Part shown: positions 1 through 9,252 of the stretch, piece by piece | Position numbering within the stretch: the first letter of the stretch is position 1 | How the letters are laid out: every line of letters begins with the position of its first letter | IMG/VR virus record: IMGVR_UViG_3300043429_000621 | Coordinates: 1 to 61,107 of that record | Source: a virus | Taxonomy: Duplodnaviria > Caudoviricetes | Length of the DNA: 61,107 nucleotides | Reading direction: 5' to 3' (one strand) | Notes under the pieces: generated by a model | The model's database searches: none | What the model was told of the DNA's origin: nothing | The model's input: only the letters and a program-made list of their open reading frames with translations | Program-made: the position numbers and the translations under genes

Positions 1-127
1 CGAGCAGCGGCAGGATCATCGCCATGGGGCGCATCGTCAATCTCCTTGCGGGTTCGGGCGTAGCTTTCAGCCTTCTCGGCCCTGTGTTCCGCCTCCACGG
101 CACGCACCGCCGTGCGGGCGACAAGCC
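1..127. repeat. Terminal direct repeat, copy 1 (circular assembly overlap)
   Basis: Bases 1-127 are identical to 60981-61107, and ORFs read through the junction. Confidence 0.97.
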
Positions 128-179
128 ATGTGCCTATCGCCCGCAGGATGCCGAGAAGCGCTGCCAGCCAGCCCGTCAT
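1..179 (-). CDS. Putative i-spanin (Rz-like), 72 aa; continues across the circular junction to a stop at 60941
   Basis: Manual translation MTGWLAALLGILRAIGTWLVARTAVRAVEAEHRAEKAESYARTRKEIDD...RADKP*. N-terminal TM then a charged helix; ATGA overlap with the upstream holin-like gene; overlaps a lipoprotein gene. Confidence 0.65.
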   Translation of the reverse strand, partial: MTGWLAALLGILRAIGTWLVARTAVRAVEAEHRAEKAESYARTRKEIDDAPHGDDPAAA

Positions 180-358
180 GCCTTGCCGACGGGGGTGTTG
201 GTGATCAGGCGCAGGCCGATGTTGACCGCGCCCATGATGATCACCGCCGTGGTCGGGCTGACATGCTGCGACCAGTCGATGCCCGCCGCCCACGACAGCA
301 GCGCCGCAGCCGCGACCATTGCGGCATTCACCGCGAGTGTCCGATACCCCTTCATCAT
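176..358 (-). CDS. Putative holin, about 60 aa with 2 TM segments
   Basis: MMKGYRTLAVNAAMVAAAALLSWAAG...AVIIMGAVNIGLRLITNTPVGKA; GAGGAG RBS; directly downstream of the endolysin. Confidence 0.65.
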   Translation of the reverse strand: MMKGYRTLAVNAAMVAAAALLSWAAGIDWSQHVSPTTAVIIMGAVNIGLRLITNTPVGKA

Positions 359-368
359 CATTCTCCTC

Positions 369-776
369 TCAGGCCGGATATGTCCGGCGGTCCAGTTCAA
401 AGTGGGGGCCATCCTTGAAGGTGCGCCAGTCGCCGCCCCAGACGATAGGCACATTCTCGGCCCGCGCGGCAGCCTTGATCGCATCGGCGATCCGGCGCAT
501 CAGGCGCGGGTTCGACATCTCGACGAATTCGACCCTGCCGTCGACATCAAGGTCGACCCATGCATAGAGGTCTACGGCGTGGCCGGTCAGGTGTCTGCTG
601 TTCAGGGTCTTGGATGCGCCGATGCGGACGAGTTCGCGCTGGCGCTGAAGGGTGCGGAGGCCCTCTGTGACCACGAAGTCGATGGGGCTGTCCTGCAGGG
701 CGCGGTCAAGGACGCGCCGGAGATCGGGGTGAATGCCTGCGAGGTTCCTCAGGCTGCGCTCGGACCACTTTCTCAT
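369..776 (-). CDS. Endolysin, peptidase M15 family (L-Ala-D-Glu peptidase-like)
   Basis: EGLRT..RQ, SRHLTGHAVD, WGGDW and DGPHFEL zinc-peptidase motifs; start moved to MRKWSERS (ATGA overlap). Confidence 0.9.
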   Translation of the reverse strand: MRKWSERSLRNLAGIHPDLRRVLDRALQDSPIDFVVTEGLRTLQRQRELVRIGASKTLNSRHLTGHAVDLYAWVDLDVDGRVEFVEMSNPRLMRRIADAIKAAARAENVPIVWGGDWRTFKDGPHFELDRRTYPA

Positions 777-1045
777 GATCCACCACCGTACTTGGTGATC
801 CATGTGAGGCCCGCGCCCACGACCAGCCAGAACCCCTTGTCGAGCAGGTGGTAGACGACGCCGCGTTGCAAGGTCACTTTCTCGACCGCCCCGACACGAT
901 CCGCCAGTTTGGTTTGGTTCTCGTCGTACTTGTCCATGCGCTTGAAGAGCGTCACCATGCGCTCCTCCATGCGGGCCAAAAGGGTGATTGCCTCGGACAT
1001 TTTGTCCAGCTTGTCCTCTATTCGGGTCAGCCGGTCTTCGCTCAT
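773..1045 (-). CDS. Coiled-coil membrane protein of the lysis cassette (holin/antiholin-like)
   Basis: RLTRIEDKLDK coiled coil plus one C-terminal TM; coupled to the endolysin start. Confidence 0.55.
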   Translation of the reverse strand: MSEDRLTRIEDKLDKMSEAITLLARMEERMVTLFKRMDKYDENQTKLADRVGAVEKVTLQRGVVYHLLDKGFWLVVGAGLTWITKYGGGS

Positions 1046-1149
1046 TCTGCGCCCTCAAGCCCTTGGGTGTTATGTAAATCCACCGCAAGATACATGAGGG
1101 CGATCTATCTGTCACGCTTCGTCAGGAGCAACCATACCATAGGTTGTAG

Positions 1150-1791
1150 TTATTCCCAAGAAGTGCCTGTCCAGTGGCGTACGGGCTTCTGCACCCATGC
1201 CGTGCCGTCCCAGACCTTGATCGGGTAGGTCTGCCACCAGAAGCCGTTCCAGTAAAGGATCGCGCCGGTCGTCGTCACGACCACAAAGCCGACCTGCCCC
1301 GTCGCGGACACGCCGACAGGGAAGACCCGCGACCCAGCCGCGATCTGGACGTCGCCGACCTGCCCGCTGGCTGTCAGGCCGGTCAGGATGACGTTAGCCT
1401 TCCCCATCACGGTTGCCGTGCCGACCGCGCCGGTGCCGGTGACGCCGGTGACATAGACAAGGGTGCCAGTGAAAACGCTGACGGAGTTGACCTGACCGGT
1501 GGCCTGCAGACCGGTCAGGGCGATCTTGGCTCCAGCAGCGACAGTGACGCCGTTGATCGCGCCGGTAGCCTGCAGGCCGGTTATGGAGACGCGCGCACTG
1601 GCCGTGATGGTCACGCTGCCAGTCTGACCGGTCGCAGACACGCCGGTCAGGGTGACGTTGGCTCTGCCTACCACCGCGACAGAACCGACCTGACCCGTGC
1701 CGGACACGCCGGTGACCGTCACGAAGACAGTGCCGCTCAACGGCAGCGCGGCTATCGGCGTCGTGGCGATGGGGGAGGCGGCGATGATCAC
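1150..1791 (-). CDS. Virion structural protein with about 25-aa beta repeats
   Basis: About six repeats of V-x-[LV]-T-G-[VL]-x-[AG]-T-G-x-V-G-x-V; Trp-rich WNG/WDG/WTG tail. Confidence 0.6.
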   Translation of the reverse strand: MIIAASPIATTPIAALPLSGTVFVTVTGVSGTGQVGSVAVVGRANVTLTGVSATGQTGSVTITASARVSITGLQATGAINGVTVAAGAKIALTGLQATGQVNSVSVFTGTLVYVTGVTGTGAVGTATVMGKANVILTGLTASGQVGDVQIAAGSRVFPVGVSATGQVGFVVVTTTGAILYWNGFWWQTYPIKVWDGTAWVQKPVRHWTGTSWE

Positions 1792-1824
1792 GGCAATGCC
1801 TCGCTTCCTGCGGGAATACTCCCC

Positions 1825-2205
1825 TTAGACTGGATCACTGGGGTATGGGAACCGCAGCTTGATTTCGGCTATCTTGCCCAGCCATTCTTCCATCGTGCTT
1901 TCGCCGCGCTGCGCCATGAAGAAAATGGGGTCGGCCTCTTGGGTGTAAGCGGCCTGACGGGCGGCCCGCAGGTCTTCCTTGGTAAGGGGCTGCGGCTCAA
2001 CAACCTCCGGCTCAGGAGCTGGTTCGGGGTCAATGACAACCCAAGCGCCATTTAGGAACTGGGCGCGCTGACCATGGAGCAGGTCGGGAGGGGCCTCTGT
2101 GACGCAGCCAGCGGGGATCAGCCAGTTACCTTCATCAAGAGGGTCGGCGTCGGCGACAGCGGGGCCGACATAGAAGCCGTTGCGGTCTGTTTGGTAAACT
2201 TGCAT
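1825..2205 (-). CDS. Tail fibre assembly chaperone (Tfa-like)
   Basis: YQTD.NGFYVG...DPL...WLIPAGCV..APP motif; follows the tail fibre gene. Confidence 0.75.
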   Translation of the reverse strand: MQVYQTDRNGFYVGPAVADADPLDEGNWLIPAGCVTEAPPDLLHGQRAQFLNGAWVVIDPEPAPEPEVVEPQPLTKEDLRAARQAAYTQEADPIFFMAQRGESTMEEWLGKIAEIKLRFPYPSDPV

Positions 2206-2213
2206 GCCAGACC

Positions 2214-3653
2214 TCAGAACTTGATGCAGGCGAGAAGGGCGACGTTGGTGGGGCGGGTTTCGGATGCAGTGCGGGGTGTGCCGTTAGTCCCATCGGTTAT
2301 CAGGCTCGTCGCAAACGGGAACGGGGTCGCAGGCGCGCCGTCGATACGCATGTTGCTCGTACCGGCTCCACCGCCGCCGTCGGACCCCATCTGCCCGTTC
2401 GTGGACGCAAGATTGTGCCAGTGGCCTTGGAGTGCGTCCGTCTGAGACGAGCCAAACGCGCGGCCACTATCAAGCCCGCGACCGTCATCCCAAGAACGGG
2501 GGAACTGGCCGCGCATGTCCGGCAGGTTGAACGTGGTAGACCCGTCGCCAGCGCCGAACGTGGTGCCAATAGCGGCGAATAGGGCTGCGTATGTCGTACG
2601 GGACACGGCAGCGCCATTGGCCTTGAGGTAGCCGGTGGGCGCGGTGTTTTGCGCGACATAGACAACCGTACCCGCAGGAACTGCCAAAACGGCAATGGCC
2701 TGCGCCACCCGCTGAGGCGTCATCAGCTTGGTCGAGGACGTACCAGCCTCCGCCTCGGCCTGCGTGGCAATAATGGTGCCGCCAACGGTGCCGTCGACCG
2801 TGAGGGTTGCGCTGGGGCTGCTCGTCCCGATGCCGACATTGCCTGCGGGGCTTATGCGCATACGTTCGGCAAGCGTCGATCCAGCGCCGTCCGTTCTTGT
2901 GGTGAACACAAGGGAGCCACCGATGTCGCCGGTACCCGTGACAACGGATGACTGCCCTATAATTTGAGCGGCGACAATCGCGGAGGTTCCGTCGTATGCC
3001 GAGTAGTTGGAGGTGCCAATAATATCTCCGCTGCTGATCACGACCGGAACATCTGTGGTTCCGCGAAACTTTCGGAAGTTGATTGCCGGAGACGTCGTGT
3101 CGTTGGATGACCGAGCGACAATAATGTTCGTGGTGCTGTCCCCACTGACGCGCAGCTGGGCGGAGGTTGCGCTGTAGAGGTCGAGCAGTTGATTTGGACT
3201 GGTATTCCCGATCCCCACGTTGCCTGCAGAGGTGATCCGCATGCGCTCCGACCCGTTGGTCGAGGCAGTGATGACGTTCGCACCTGTCGCCGATAGAGCC
3301 AGCGGCCCAGCATTGGTGACGCCGAACAACGATGCCGTGGTGCCGGTCACGACGAGGTTCGCAAGGTCCGCCGCCGAAACGATGACGGAAACAATGGCGG
3401 TTCCAGAGAGGTTCAGCAGAGACCCAGTCGAGGACTGTACCAGCGTGCGAGACAGCGTGGTTCCTGAAGCGGTATAAGTGCCAGTGCCGATCTCCCACGC
3501 TGAGCCATCTGTGATCAGGTAAGAGACGATGCTGCCGTCAGCGATACCTGCAGCCGCGAACGTCTGGTAGCTGGCCGTGGCGGAGCCAAGGGTGATCGTC
3601 CCCGTCCCAGTCGAGGCGGTGCTGACCTGTACGCGGTTGGCATAGACGGGCAT
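2214..3653 (-). CDS. Tail fibre with phage tail-collar domain
   Basis: [36 protein letters not shown]...FNLPD.RGQF.R collar motif; [10 protein letters not shown]-terminus; two [14 protein letters not shown] repeats. Confidence 0.88.
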   Translation of the reverse strand: MPVYANRVQVSTASTGTGTITLGSATASYQTFAAAGIADGSIVSYLITDGSAWEIGTGTYTASGTTLSRTLVQSSTGSLLNLSGTAIVSVIVSAADLANLVVTGTTASLFGVTNAGPLALSATGANVITASTNGSERMRITSAGNVGIGNTSPNQLLDLYSATSAQLRVSGDSTTNIIVARSSNDTTSPAINFRKFRGTTDVPVVISSGDIIGTSNYSAYDGTSAIVAAQIIGQSSVVTGTGDIGGSLVFTTRTDGAGSTLAERMRISPAGNVGIGTSSPSATLTVDGTVGGTIIATQAEAEAGTSSTKLMTPQRVAQAIAVLAVPAGTVVYVAQNTAPTGYLKANGAAVSRTTYAALFAAIGTTFGAGDGSTTFNLPDMRGQFPRSWDDGRGLDSGRAFGSSQTDALQGHWHNLASTNGQMGSDGGGGAGTSNMRIDGAPATPFPFATSLITDGTNGTPRTASETRPTNVALLACIKF

Positions 3654-4111
3654 CAAGCGATCCGGATGATGGCGTTCGTGGCGTCTGCGGTCGGGAAGAT
3701 GATCACGAAGTCGCCGGAGGTCGAGGTTTTGTCCGAACCGAAGTCAAGGATGCAGACCGTCGGATTGGTCAGACCAGCCGAAGACGTCGTGTTCGGCGTG
3801 GTGTTGTAGATCATCGCCCCGCGCGCCGTGATCGTGGCATTGGTAAAGGTCAGGTCGGCGAAGTCCGTGAAGCCGGTGGTGCCGGAGGTGGTCGGCGAGA
3901 TGTTGGTCAGGGTGCCGCCGCCCGCCGCGTAGGAGCCGGACGCGCTCACCTCGTTGGTTGAGGTGTAGGTCGTGGTCGCCGCCGTGAAGCTGGCCGAGTT
4001 GGTGTAGAGCGCCAGCTTGAAGACGTCGCCCGTGGTCAGCGTGAAGTCGTGGCAGCCGCGCAGGAGTTCCCCCTTGAACGACGTCGCCATGAAGTTTCCG
4101 GTGAATGGCAT
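3653..4111 (-). CDS. Virion structural protein
   Basis: [17 protein letters not shown]...FKLALYT...Y.AGG.TL...GAMIYN pattern typical of podophage virion proteins; TGATG-coupled. Confidence 0.6.
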   Translation of the reverse strand: MPFTGNFMATSFKGELLRGCHDFTLTTGDVFKLALYTNSASFTAATTTYTSTNEVSASGSYAAGGGTLTNISPTTSGTTGFTDFADLTFTNATITARGAMIYNTTPNTTSSAGLTNPTVCILDFGSDKTSTSGDFVIIFPTADATNAIIRIA

Positions 4112-4413
4112 CAAAGCCTCCTGATCGTTTCCGCGAGGTCAGGATGCCCTGCATCGCGCAAGATATTGTACACGGTCGTGCGGTCCGAGGCGATAGCCTG
4201 CCGCATGTAGTGGATGATCACCATGCGCATGCGCTCCCGATAGGCGCGGGCCTGTTCGGCAATCTCCGGCGGCGCGGTGTCGGAGATCGAGATCAGCTTC
4301 GCCAATGCCAGATCGGTCACCTCTTCAGGGGTCATACCGCGTCCGGAGGTGGTCATCACCTCGACCTTCGGGGCGGGCAGTTCAAGGGCTGGGGGCCAGT
4401 TGCTCATGTTCAT
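4111..4413 (-). CDS. Hypothetical protein in the virion module
   Basis: 3' part of ORF 4111..4998; start fits the gene chain. Confidence 0.6.
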   Translation of the reverse strand: MNMSNWPPALELPAPKVEVMTTSGRGMTPEEVTDLALAKLISISDTAPPEIAEQARAYRERMRMVIIHYMRQAIASDRTTVYNILRDAGHPDLAETIRRL

Positions 4414-4415
4414 CC

Positions 4416-4766
4416 TCAGTTGGTATCGACCCAGAGATCGCCCACGGCGGGCGACGGCGGCGGCGTTGTCCCGACATGCAGGTTCACCGTTGCGGCGGTG
4501 CCGAGGCCGGTGATGTCGGTGTTCGGGATCGTGGGGCGGCCTTCCAGCGGGGCATCGCCCTGCCCGAAGACGTAGCCGGTCAGGCTCTGCGCGCCGGTCC
4601 CGCCTTGCGCCACAGTGATCACGTTGCCGAAGGCCTCGCTCTCGACATACTGGGCGATCTGCGCCGCCGACAGGCGCACGGACTGTCCAGCTTGAACGCT
4701 TTCGAAGAGTTCGTTGCCGTCGAGCGCGGTGCCTGGCGCGAGTTGTGTGATCTTGACGTCGGCCAT
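4416..4766 (-). CDS. Virion/fibre-associated protein
   Basis: MADVKITQL start, VAQGGTGA repeat motif, GDLWVDT end. Confidence 0.6.
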   Translation of the reverse strand: MADVKITQLAPGTALDGNELFESVQAGQSVRLSAAQIAQYVESEAFGNVITVAQGGTGAQSLTGYVFGQGDAPLEGRPTIPNTDITGLGTAATVNLHVGTTPPPSPAVGDLWVDTN

Positions 4767-4769
4767 GGA

Positions 4770-5156
4770 TCAAGCCCCCGTGATGCGGGTGTTGTCTGCC
4801 TCGGTGACGCGGGTGTCCTCGTTGCCTGGCACCGGAATGCCCTGCACGACCGACACACCCTCGGCGGTCTCGGTGATGCGGTAATCCGTCGTCGCCAGCG
4901 CGTAGGTTTCCGGACGCGGGTTGATCACCGGCGGCGGATCGCCAGGCAGCGTCAGGCTGCGCAGCTGGCTCTGCATCTCGTCGAGGCAGTGCGGGCATAC
5001 CAGCAGGCGCTTGTTCTGGATCGACGCCCCCGCCCAGTCGGTCTGGAACTGCAGGTCGACATGGTTGAAGCGGAAGCCGCAGCGGTCGCAGATCGCGTGG
5101 GCCTGCGGGTTTCGGCTGGAGGTTCTGGCGCGACCGGCGATGGATGCGTAGGCCAT
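4770..5156 (-). CDS. Conserved phage protein with CxxC...CxxC zinc ribbon
   Basis: AICDRCGF and LVCPHCLD; coupled to the adaptor gene. Confidence 0.65.
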   Translation of the reverse strand: MAYASIAGRARTSSRNPQAHAICDRCGFRFNHVDLQFQTDWAGASIQNKRLLVCPHCLDEMQSQLRSLTLPGDPPPVINPRPETYALATTDYRITETAEGVSVVQGIPVPGNEDTRVTEADNTRITGA

Positions 5157-5848
5157 TAGCGGAAATACCCCCCGATCATCGGCGAGATATAGACGTTCGA
5201 CGTCTCGATGTTCTGGGCGGCGGCGATCTGGTAGCTTTCGTCGGCTTGCGCCTTTAGCGCCACCGCCACCTCCGGCTTCCAGATGCGCGCCAGTCGGTAG
5301 GTCAGGCCGTCGGCAAAGGCCTCCAGCCAGAGATACGGCACTTCGACCTGCGCCGCGCCCGCCAGTGCGGCGTCTTGGATGCGGCGCACCCGATAGTAGC
5401 GGATCGAGGTCAGGGTCTGCCCATCCGGCACCGGCCAGAGCGTGAATTTGGGCGAGATCAGGCGGTCGAACCAGTATACCGTAGGCGCTCCCTGCACCGT
5501 CTTTGTCGAGTACGATGCATATTCGGAGCGCGAGATCGGCATGATGGGCCGGTCGATGGGCGGTGAGGTGCCGTCATCGTAGCGGCCATAGACGTCCAGC
5601 AGGACCACGGTGTTCGCGTCCACCTCGTACTCGGCCTGACCGGCGACCAGTGGCACCTCGACCAGATCGACAGCCCAGAGGTTCACGCCTTGGTTCGACC
5701 AGCGGGACAGCATCATGTTCGACGCCATCCGCGCGGCTTCCATGTGTTCCTGCAGCAGCGCCGTCGGGCGGATGCCGATGTTCATGTAGGCGTAGAGGGT
5801 GATCTCGCCGAGGCTGGGGTTGAAGGTGTAGGTTCCGGTCGTGGCCAT
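5156..5848 (-). CDS. Head-tail adaptor / tail tubular protein A-like
   Basis: ISRSEYASY..K..QGAPTVYWFDR...LWPVPD motif. Confidence 0.65.
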   Translation of the reverse strand: MATTGTYTFNPSLGEITLYAYMNIGIRPTALLQEHMEAARMASNMMLSRWSNQGVNLWAVDLVEVPLVAGQAEYEVDANTVVLLDVYGRYDDGTSPPIDRPIMPISRSEYASYSTKTVQGAPTVYWFDRLISPKFTLWPVPDGQTLTSIRYYRVRRIQDAALAGAAQVEVPYLWLEAFADGLTYRLARIWKPEVAVALKAQADESYQIAAAQNIETSNVYISPMIGGYFR

Positions 5849-6594
5849 CAGAGCGCCCCATCATTCTTGATCAAGACGCCCTCCAGCTGGATCGACCCCG
5901 GCGCGGGGTTCGACTGCATCAGCTGCCATTGAACGTCCGTCTTCTCAGCATAACCTCTCGGAATGACCCGCGTCGAGGAATATGACTGGGTGAATGGTGC
6001 GGACAGGACGATAGTGGGTGTCGAGACGCCATTCACAAAGGACCGCGAGTAGACCCGATAAGTGCAGAACTGCGCGCCATTGTTGGTGGTGAAGGCCTGC
6101 GACCGCGTCAGGTAGAAGGTGTATCCCAGCGGCACGGTGTAGATGCTGGCCTGCGACCGGCCCGTGCCGGAGTTGATCTGGGCATAGGTCACGCCGCCAT
6201 TAGTCGCCACCACCGTGTCGGCGGCGGTGCCTTTGACGATCTGCATGTCGTTGATGCGGAAAAAGTCGGCAGTGCCGGAGGTCACGGTGCCGGTAGTGCC
6301 GCCGGAGAAGGTGACGATGGCCGTCTTCACGGCATAATTCGCATCCAGTCCATTGACCCGCATGGTCAGCGTCTCAGCGAGGCTGGAGGTAAAGGCCATG
6401 GTCACCGAGGTCGCGGGGTAGACATAATCGGTATCGTGCGACTTTTCCCAGACCGCGCGGAACGATGTCCCGTGCAGGGGGTTGTAGCCCTGCACGTTGA
6501 CGAGGGAGTGGCCGAAGACCTGCCCGCGACCGACCTGAAGGTCGAACGGTTCAACTCGTCCGTTCTGCGTGATCGAGGGGGTCGTGACCGGCAT
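5848..6594 (-). CDS. Virion structural protein, beta-rich
   Basis: 248-aa ORF in a tightly coupled late operon. Confidence 0.55.
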   Translation of the reverse strand: MPVTTPSITQNGRVEPFDLQVGRGQVFGHSLVNVQGYNPLHGTSFRAVWEKSHDTDYVYPATSVTMAFTSSLAETLTMRVNGLDANYAVKTAIVTFSGGTTGTVTSGTADFFRINDMQIVKGTAADTVVATNGGVTYAQINSGTGRSQASIYTVPLGYTFYLTRSQAFTTNNGAQFCTYRVYSRSFVNGVSTPTIVLSAPFTQSYSSTRVIPRGYAEKTDVQWQLMQSNPAPGSIQLEGVLIKNDGAL

Positions 6595-6858
6595 TTAGCA
6601 ATCCCACTTCCGGAGGCTTTTGTTGATCCGGCTGTCCGGATCGCGCCTCGTCTTTTCACTGGTCAGCTTGGCCTTCACGCCCGACATTCTGGCACAGAAG
6701 GAGGCCTTTCGGCCAGCGTCCGCTTCCGTCTTCGGTTTCGGCACCGGCGGCTTCAGGTTGGCCCCCTGCGCCTTGGCCGAGGCCCTGCCCTTGGCGTTCA
6801 ACCCGCCGTCAGGGTTCTGGCCTTCCTTGCGGGTCCACGCGGGCGACTTAGCCATCAT
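6595..6858 (-). CDS. Small basic conserved phage protein (DUF6321-like)
   Basis: PAWTRKEG.NP.GGLNAKGR...RKASFCARM...SLRKWDC. Confidence 0.7.
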   Translation of the reverse strand: MMAKSPAWTRKEGQNPDGGLNAKGRASAKAQGANLKPPVPKPKTEADAGRKASFCARMSGVKAKLTSEKTRRDPDSRINKSLRKWDC

Positions 6859-7073
6859 TCGGTCTCCTTCGGGGTCAGCCCCATCTCCGCCAGCGCGGCC
6901 AGCCCGTCCATACCCTCGCGGACGAGGATGCGCGGGTCGAGGTCTTCACCCGCCTCGATGTTGCCAGAGGCGACGAGGTACTCGGTGCCGTCAGCGGACA
7001 CCCAGACCGGAGCCGTGTCGGGGTTCACCTCGGGGTGCGTCAGGTCGAGGGGGCAGGCGATGGTTGTGGTCAT
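6855..7073 (-). CDS. Hypothetical protein following the head fibre
   Basis: ATGA-coupled at both ends. Confidence 0.55.
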   Translation of the reverse strand: MTTTIACPLDLTHPEVNPDTAPVWVSADGTEYLVASGNIEAGEDLDPRILVREGMDGLAALAEMGLTPKETE

Positions 7074-8764
7074 GCGATGGTCACTCCCGTCCTGCTCCCG
7101 ACCCACCGCTCCGTGCCGCTGATCGTGCCTGCGTCGAGGCTTGCGCCGAAGCGGATGATCAGGCTGTAGAGTTGGCCGTTGAAGGGCAGCGAGGTGCCGC
7201 CACGGCGACCGATGTAGAGCGGGTAGGCGAGGAAGTTGCCCGTGCCTTGGTCGGCAGTGGATTGAGCAGCTTGGGTGCCGTTGACGCGCAATGTTGCGTT
7301 GTCGCCTGAGATGTTAAGCAGAGAAGTAACAACCTTAGTGGTCGGGGATGGGTATCCGCTTCCAACTTGTGCTTGAGCAAACGCCGACCCGCGAACATTG
7401 GTAGACCAGCCCGCGCTATTAGACACCGCCCCACTTGCGATAAGCGCGAACGACCCATTGTTGAAGTCGTTGCTAGGGGAAAATTCTGCAATAATTGGGA
7501 AGTTGGCATCACTCAGCTTCCGCACCCCCGCGAAGACCTGCGCCTTGTCGATGTTGGGCGTGATGGTGGGCGTGACGAGGAAGTCATCCACCCCGTCGAA
7601 CGACAGATACGACAGCGACTGCACACCAGCTTCGGTCACGTTGTATTGGTCGGTGACGCGCTGGTAGGCGGTGGCGGTGGAGCCTGTTTCGAGTTGTGCG
7701 CCCCAGATGACCACGTTGCCATTGGTATTCCCTAGCCTAACGTTTATCTGCGTGGTTGCTGCGCCAGTTGTAAGCGACACCGAAATCCGCACAAAGCTGC
7801 CGGACAATGCTTGGTCAGTGGAGGGAGTTATCCCTGACCCAGCGTCACGAAGTGTTGCGCGGATTGTCGTGGACCCAGCGCCTGAAACATAGCAGGAAAA
7901 CGTGTAGGTCGTTGAGGGAGAAACATTGACAATTCGTTCCAGCGTGTTCGTGGAAGTGGTTGCGGGGTTTCCCGTCGCGCCGGACATTGTATCAGCAGTG
8001 AGGGTTCCGTTGGGAGCAGTGGTTGTGTTGGCCGAGATAGATGTTGTGCCGATTTGTCTCCAATATGCATCGCTAAACGTCTCTGTCTGCTCCAGCAAAT
8101 TCCGCCGCCCCGTTGCAGGCACAACCCCATAGGTGGGACGGGAAGCAGCAGTGGCTTGTGTGGCGTGGAAACCGGGGAGTTCGCGGACGGAGTGGATAAT
8201 GAAGTCAGACGTTTCGGCGTTTGCCGTATTGGACACAAAAAACGCCGTCTTGGCTGTACCAGATGCGGTGATGCGAACTCGGAACTGCGATCTCGTACCA
8301 GGTACGATAAATGCGGGTGTGTTGTCAACAGTCCCCCCGACAGCGTTATCAACACGCAGGCGGATACTTCCGCTACTTGAGGATGGAACCTCAATGTCGA
8401 TCAGGTAATAGCCAGTCGCTGAGGTTGTGATGCTAACGCCACCAGCGTTTGAGGCGTCGTCCCTCCGAACTCTTCCGACCCCTGTCGTAGTGTTGTAGGT
8501 CGTTGCAACAGAAGGTGCTCCCAAATTTGCGACAGCACCCGACCCACGCAACTCAGGCCCCAGAGCCAGACCCTGAGACTTGTCCAGCACCAGAGCAACA
8601 GACTGCCCCGCAGTGGTCACAGGCGTTGTGCCTGCGGTGTCCTGAAATAGGGTCGTCAGGTCGGAGGGGTCCAGCCACACCATGGCGGTGGAGCCTGCGA
8701 GGAGCGCCGAGGGGCTGAAGACCGCCTGTTCGCCGACGATGGAGATGCCGAGGCCGATGTTCAT
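7070..8764 (-). CDS. Head spike fibre protein with carbohydrate-binding/LamG-like domains
   Basis: N-terminal MNIGLGISI; WLDPSDL.TLFQD; RRNLLEQTE...WGAQLETGSTATAYQ; FDGVDD; directly after the spike-base gene. Confidence 0.75.
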   Translation of the reverse strand: MNIGLGISIVGEQAVFSPSALLAGSTAMVWLDPSDLTTLFQDTAGTTPVTTAGQSVALVLDKSQGLALGPELRGSGAVANLGAPSVATTYNTTTGVGRVRRDDASNAGGVSITTSATGYYLIDIEVPSSSSGSIRLRVDNAVGGTVDNTPAFIVPGTRSQFRVRITASGTAKTAFFVSNTANAETSDFIIHSVRELPGFHATQATAASRPTYGVVPATGRRNLLEQTETFSDAYWRQIGTTSISANTTTAPNGTLTADTMSGATGNPATTSTNTLERIVNVSPSTTYTFSCYVSGAGSTTIRATLRDAGSGITPSTDQALSGSFVRISVSLTTGAATTQINVRLGNTNGNVVIWGAQLETGSTATAYQRVTDQYNVTEAGVQSLSYLSFDGVDDFLVTPTITPNIDKAQVFAGVRKLSDANFPIIAEFSPSNDFNNGSFALIASGAVSNSAGWSTNVRGSAFAQAQVGSGYPSPTTKVVTSLLNISGDNATLRVNGTQAAQSTADQGTGNFLAYPLYIGRRGGTSLPFNGQLYSLIIRFGASLDAGTISGTERWVGSRTGVTIA

Positions 8765-9021
8765 CAGTACAGCGCCAAAAGGTTGGTTGCGGTCGTCGAG
8801 GTGGCATAGATGCGCGTCACCTGCACCGGCAGGATCGTCCCCGCCATCAGGCCCACGAAGATCACCGTGCCGCCGCTGACCATGTCCACCCGCAGGTTCC
8901 CCGCGCCGCCGACATAGATCGCACGGGTCGGCTCGTCATAGACGGTCGTGTCGCTGGTGGTGACGGCTGCTGCGCGGCGCGCTGATACCGTGGCGTCGGC
9001 GGACAGATAGGGTGCAGGCAT
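8764..9021 (-). CDS. Head spike base protein (RcGTA Rcc01079-like)
   Basis: 85 aa: ARRAAAVTTSD...PTRAIYVGGAGNLRV...AGTILPVQVTRIYATSTTATNLLALY. Confidence 0.8.
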   Translation of the reverse strand: MPAPYLSADATVSARRAAAVTTSDTTVYDEPTRAIYVGGAGNLRVDMVSGGTVIFVGLMAGTILPVQVTRIYATSTTATNLLALY

Positions 9022-9043
9022 GTCGTTCTCTCCTGTGGCGGAG

Positions 9044-9067
9044 GAAGGGGCGTTTCCGCCCCTCCCG
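9044..9067 (-). terminator. GC hairpin with GAAA loop (weak terminator or processing stem)
   Basis: Minus strand GGGGCG-GAAA-CGCCCC, followed by a poor U-tract. Confidence 0.4.
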
Positions 9068-9244
9068 TCAGTGCTTCTGCTTGGCGGCAGCCGCCGACAT
9101 CAGGGGCATGCCGTGGACGCCTTTGCCGCCGGACACCGTCTTGTTGCCGGTGGCGCTGTGGGCGCTGTTGTTGCCGGAGGTGATGTTGCCGGTCTTCACC
9201 GTCTTGTTCACCGTCATGGCAGGCTTCTTGTTACCGACGCGCAT
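9068..9244 (-). CDS. Small basic protein, 58 aa
   Basis: Manual translation MRVGNKKPAMTVNKTVKTG...AAKQKH*; GAGG RBS; fills the gap between genes. Confidence 0.6.
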   Translation of the reverse strand: MRVGNKKPAMTVNKTVKTGNITSGNNSAHSATGNKTVSGGKGVHGMPLMSAAAAKQKH

Positions 9245-9252
9245 AGATCACC

